A stretch of DNA of 64,000 nt from assembly GCA_040954595.2 (NCBI GenBank), contig CM082588.2, forward strand, positions 3,060,513 through 3,124,512, written 5' to 3'. This document shows, piece after piece, positions 59,115-64,000 of the stretch. Numbering within the stretch: position 1 is the first letter of the stretch; the number at the start of each line of letters is the position of its first letter. Below the pieces are notes generated by a model. It was not told where the DNA came from. It saw nothing but the letters and a program-made list of their open reading frames with translations, and ran no database searches. The position numbers and the translations under genes are program-made. This stretch comes from Balanoglossus misakiensis (lineage: Eukaryota > Animalia > Hemichordata).

Positions 59115-60182
59115 TTAATCCAGCTTGATCTTAGAATTTCTGCTTACAAGCAGTACGAGCAGACCAACCGCACATCCAATGGGAAGCAAAATATTTGCCG
59201 TCTCTCCGAGGTGAATTAGGGTCCACGCCGCGCCGACCATTTCCACCAACAAAATCACTGCACTGGCTTGCTGCGCCCTGATTGGGCCCCACCAGAGCAG
59301 TACGCCCGCTATCAACTGTGACATGCCGATGACAAACTGATAGTCGACAGGGTCCGGTCGGTAACCAATGGATGACAGGGGAAAGACCTTAGCATACTGA
59401 ACGAAATGGCTATTCTGAAAATCAAAATGAAAATATAGTAAGCGTCTTTCACAGAACAGATTTAAATTGTGGCTTTATGGGAATGGAACTCTGACAAGCG
59501 TCTGTAAACTTCCGACATTCTTGGGTGATCAACAGGTGGCCAGACCCGTCTTGTCGTTCGGACCACGATCACTTCTAGTCACACACAGTGACCGTTTTCG
59601 GACACACCCTGTTGTGTGGTTGTCAAGTATTCTTGAGTGTTGACATCATATTTTCGTGCACAGTTACAGCGTCATTGAAAGCAAAAGTAACTGGGGGTGG
59701 CGAGATGGCGGACACGCGAACGAGTGGTGGCAGTATCATAGTACGCGTAGAGGCGGAGTATATAACAAGAATTCGCCCTGTTTTTTTGAACTTATACAAA
59801 CATGGGCGTGCACGCCCAGTGTACTTTTCGTAGCAAACGCGTATTTCAGATTGTAAATGGAGATTTCAAAAGAGGATAGCCAGACATCATTGTGCGAGCG
59901 CGACAGTAATGACTTTCAACCAGAAAAACCTTCAGTAAAACCACCATTATTGGCCTGGTCAATTCTATAGCCTATAGGCCTATATACACTAAATTTATCT
60001 GAGGTGGGACTGTGCTGCGCCTGGTTGAAATTTGACCCCAATAAAATACTAGCTGCATATTACTACAGTTGTAATCAACCTACCAGTGTATTGTGTATTT
60101 GACCTTGAGGTAGCAAATGAATCGTCCCTGAAATACAGTAGAAGACGCCAAATCCGTACAGCAGGTAACCTAGAGTATTCAT
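59115..60182 (-). CDS. TMEM35B-like (NACHO/DoxX family) membrane protein, divergent copy 1, 132 aa
   Basis: Exon 1 60084-60182 (MNTLGYLLYGFGVFYCISGTIHLLPQGQIHNTL). Exon 2 59115-59414 (NSHFVQYAKVFPLSSIGYRPDPVDYQFVIGMSQLIAG...KIKLD). The 99-nt first exon and phase-0 intron match the other two copies. Confidence 0.85.
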
Positions 60183-60739
60183 CGTTCAGTTGACGTCGGA
60201 AATTTCTTCCCACAAAACGGTATTGACTCAGGGAGCGTTCTGCGTGTCAGGGCAGTGGTCACTCAGTGGTAGAATGGTCGTGAAAGAAAGCTAATCAAGC
60301 AAATCACCTTCACCGAGGCAACGTTTGAGTGGCATTACGTCACAAGTTTGTCTGCAAGTAGGTGCAAACATGAACGAGGTACCTATCAGCTCGGGGTCGG
60401 ACTTTCCAAGTTGACCAAGAAATTGCACAAAATAAAAATATTGAAATCAAAGCGAAAAGTTACAGCTAATGGGGATTTAAATGTGTTGAATCATGAACTT
60501 TTAAGCTTTTTATTATGGAAAAGAATTTTTCAGTGCCGTTTCAGTGAACATGTGGTTTTATTCTATACCATTGTTGGCTGTAAAGATAACGGAAAACGAG
60601 AGGTCTACTGTAAATTGGCGTTGGCGGCGTACAATATGTGCCAGCTGGCTGAGTGTGCAGGAGCAACACAAAGTGCCTTCATTTGAGCTTTGTCTGACAA
60701 GGGAGGAGGGAAACACGCCACTGTGACTGTAAATAGACG

Positions 60740-61768
60740 ATGGGTACATTTAAGTATGCGGTGATATTGCTAGGCATCCTTTTCGCGGCATCTGGAGTGG
60801 CGAAGTTGATACCGGCGGGTTCTGTTCACGAACACATGGTAGGTTTTCCCCGTACGTTTCGCTCTCACTCACTGCCTGGATCCAGTGGGCGTGGTTCACA
60901 GTGGCAGTGGTTTTCCATCCATGTGGTGAGCAATCCCACTGGAAACTAGCGCAGTCGCTTGTGGGCTCTAAGTCTTCTCTGTATGTACGCGCTAATATGC
61001 ATTCTAAACCGATGAGCTAGCTGAGCCTAGGTGTAGCTACTACAATAGTAGTCCATTTCAGGAAATGGACGCGCAGAATGGACATGATTGGAGCCTGGAA
61101 TCGACAAGCGACCTTGGCGCGTGTACATTTCTTTGTTATCAGCCAAATTCCAAATACATGAAACACATTACATAAGTCCTCGAATGCACCCTTCTTTCAC
61201 AGTTACAGACAGCATAGTAGCATTCTGCATATCGACCTCCAGCCCTGCGTACAGGTCTGTGTGTTCCCGGTGTGGACGTAGCTAACTTCCATGTGTACAT
61301 GTATTCCATTATGCCACCAGGGATGAATTACTTTGGAAGACAATGATGTGTGAATTTCCGGACCCCAGACAATAGAGTTGCTTGTTACTTTGTTTCTAAA
61401 AAATAAAAAAAGCAGAGCAGTATAATGGACTATAGTTAAGTCGCCGAATCTGTCTTCTATTTCAGACCAAAGAATTTGTACGGTATGCCTCTGTGTTTCC
61501 ACTGCTCAGCTATGGCTACAAACCAGAACCCGCTCAGTTCCAGTTTGTCATCGGCATCGTCGAGGCGGCCGGGGGGCTGCTGCTGCTGATCGGCTCGCTG
61601 CGACTCAAGAAGATGGTCGCCCCGATGCTGATGGTGATCATGGCCGGCGCCGTGTGGACGCTGTACCACCTCCACGAACCACCACCAATGATAGCGTTCC
61701 CGGCAGTGTGTGGGTTGGGACTCTTTATACTGTTGTTGCAAGGAGAAGAGAAGCCAAAATTGGAGTGA
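60740..61768 (+). CDS. TMEM35B: TMEM35B-like (NACHO/DoxX family) membrane protein, copy 2, 133 aa
   Basis: Exon 1 60740-60838 (MGTFKYAVILLGILFAASGVAKL...). Exon 2 61466-61768 (TKEFVRYASVFPLLSYGYKPEPAQFQFVIGIVEAAGGLLLLIG...IMAGAVWTL...KPKLE). This matches the TMEM35B pattern GxxKL...VFPL..GYxPxP...GxxE...MxGAxxTL. Confidence 0.88.
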
Positions 61769-61973
61769 CGGATGCACTAGCCTCTCCGTGTTGGAAGTAC
61801 GGTTGGCAATGTGGACTCTGGAATGATGAAAGCTTTATATATATAAGTACATTTTTACTAATCAGGGTTGTATTTTGAACTACATGTACTATTACATGGG
61901 AAATATGCAGTGTGTTTGTTCACATTTGGAGAAATAAATAATTGTTAATCTTGGTATACAAAGTTTGGTTGTA

Positions 61974-62152
61974 CAGTCAAACCTGTGTTAGTGACCACCT
62001 CTATATAGTGACCACCTCTATATAGTGGCCACTTAGTTACAGTCCCTGTACAATTTACACGTGTATAAATTAACCTGTCTATAAAGACCACCTGTCTATA
62101 AAGGCCAGTTTGGTAAAGTCCCTTGACTGGCCACTATAGACAGGTTTGACTG
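61974..62152. mobile_element. MITE, Tc1/mariner/pogo-like non-autonomous element, 179 bp
   Basis: Terminal inverted repeats CAGTCAAACCTGT ... ACAGGTTTGACTG, flanked on both sides by TA (target-site duplication). Internal 17-bp tandem units GTGACCACCTCTATATA and ACCTGTCTATAAAG repeats. Confidence 0.88.
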
Positions 62153-62373
62153 TATATGAATTTTCTGGATGTTTTGGTCCTGGAGTTGACCCACATGGTC
62201 TTATTTGAAATTTTTGTGGATTATGTTAGAAATTGATTGGTATGAGAACAAGTATAGCCAACGTGATTAAAACTACCAGTGTCATAACTATTCTGAACAA
62301 ATGGGAGCAGTGCCCTTGGCGCTATATTTTGGTATTGGTCTCGGGACAAGAAAGAACCACGGCATTGGTTACG

Positions 62374-63396
62374 ATGGGTGCATTCAAGTATGCAGTGGTA
62401 TTGCTGGGCGTCATTTTCACGGCATCCGGAGTGGCAAAGTTGATACCTGCGGGTTCTGTTTACGAACACATGGTAAGTTTTCCGGCCTGGCCGCCTGCAT
62501 TGTTTTGAATGCTTTTTTTTTGCTCCAATTTACATGCAGGTGGCTGTCGTCCAGGAATCTGGGTAGGGATGTGTGTGTATGTGGGGGGGGGGTGCATGTT
62601 AAGTGGAACTGCCTCGTAGTGCAGAGGATAATCAATTTCCCACAAGAATATTTTGTACTTCGAAGTATCCTCACACATTTTACTTGCCATTTGGACAGAA
62701 TTCTCAATCAGTAATGGCAAGAACTTGGCAGACAGGCCATGTAGCAGACAGTGATGATATATGCAAAATGCAAAGCAAAGGTTTGTTCACAAGCCGACAT
62801 TCAACTCTTTAGGCGCTTTTTATACGCTGGTTGTATTGTTGTACGTCTTTTCATTGATTCAACCCATGCATAAAGTTTCATTGATCTTTGCCAAGGCCAT
62901 GTACGTCGCCCTTTCAGAGAGGTTCACTTTGCTTTAAATAAACAGCTTGGCTGGCACAGAAGCTTAACTTGCTGAGAAAGTAAATTTGACAGTTGATTAT
63001 GGGGATGACGAATAAACTTGAAGAAATTTCTCAAGCACATTTTCAAAGCAATGAACAATATAAATATCATTCATACGAGTGTATCATCTCTTTCAGACCA
63101 AGGAATTTGTACGCTTCTCGTCTGTGTTTCCACTTGTCAGTCTTGGCTTCAAACCAGACCCTGCCCAGTACCAGTTCGTTATCGGAGTCATTAACACCGT
63201 TTGCGGGCTGCTCCTTCTGTTTGGTTCGCCGAGACTCCAGAAGCTGGCCGCCTCGGTGCTGTTGGTCATCATGGCCGGAGCCGTGTGGACACTGTACCAT
63301 CTCCACCTACCTCCACAGAAAGTGGCGTTCCCGGCAGTGTGTGGATTTGGACTCCTGATATTCCTTCTGCGGGGAGAGAAGCCTAAAACTGAGTGA
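62374..63396 (+). CDS. TMEM35B: TMEM35B-like (NACHO/DoxX family) membrane protein, copy 3, 132 aa
   Basis: Exon 1 62374-62472 (MGAFKYAVVLLGVIFTASGVAKL...; 12 of 99 nt differ from copy 2). Exon 2 63097-63396 (TKEFVRFSSVFPLVSLGFKPDPAQYQFVIG...KPKTE). Confidence 0.88.
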
Positions 63397-64000
63397 GGGG
63401 CAGAGGAAATTTGGGCGCCGTCTTTACTTTTGCTGATTCTTTGCTGCTCTGTTACAGAATGAATTAACAATACTCCCATGATCTCTCTACAAAAAGTGTT
63501 TATTTATCAGTTTGTCACTTGGTTGCCTAAAAGACTGAACATTAAATTTCCAAGAACTTACAAAATTGGAAAGATAGTTCTGAGGAATTCCCATTGAGAT
63601 GGTGTGATTCAATATGACTATCTCTCAACAGTACAAGTTTGCATAGTTGTGTGCTGATAACACTTTACATCATATAAACCCACAATAATATTTACAGACC
63701 TGAAAAAATGCAATCACATAAACATTACAATATTAAAATTCACTTCTAATTTCAATGCATGATCCAATCTTGCAAATACCAATGTATATTCTGTTTCAGA
63801 CGCCTCTCTCAGTATTTCAAAATACAAAAAATTGTGTAAAAATGCTAAAATATGAATGGTTGGGTGTTACATGTACTTTGTAATAAGCGATCACGTATTT
63901 TTCCTTTCTTCAGGTTCTGAAAAATTTACATAGCAGACTCTAGTACTGAATATTTTCCGCTACTCTCTGACTAATGTTTTCTGGGGTAAAATTTATTACA

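Noticed and set aside
61989-62110. Short direct repeats resembling a CRISPR-like array
   Set aside because: These are abutting 17-bp tandem units with no unique spacers, inside a TIR-bounded MITE in a eukaryotic genome.

Overview
This is eukaryotic (animal) genomic DNA with GT-AG introns. The gene content and AT-richness suggest a marine invertebrate, possibly a deuterostome, but the species cannot be determined from sequence alone. The ORF track mostly shows exon fragments, so I assembled genes by hand from splice sites and reading phase. From left to right: (1) the 3' part of a PICALM/AP180 clathrin-assembly gene (+; exon 1 lies upstream of the window) with many candidate cassette and micro-exons; (2) a type II membrane O-fucosyltransferase-family gene (+); (3) SMARCAD1 (-), head-to-head with (4) mitochondrial isoleucyl-tRNA synthetase IARS2 (+); (5) an 11-exon carotenoid-cleavage oxygenase (BCO/RPE65/NinaB family) gene (-); (6) an intronless, N-acylation-motif (MGCxxS) globin X-like gene (+); (7) an intronless two-Ig-domain receptor with an ITAM-like tail (-); and (8) three TMEM35B/NACHO-family paralogues with a TA-flanked MITE between two of them. 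The most unusual observation is gene 5. It keeps all four iron-binding histidine motifs but also has an N-terminal signal peptide, N-glycosylation sequons and a GPI-type C-terminal tail, so it is predicted to be a cell-surface enzyme in a family whose characterised animal members are intracellular.
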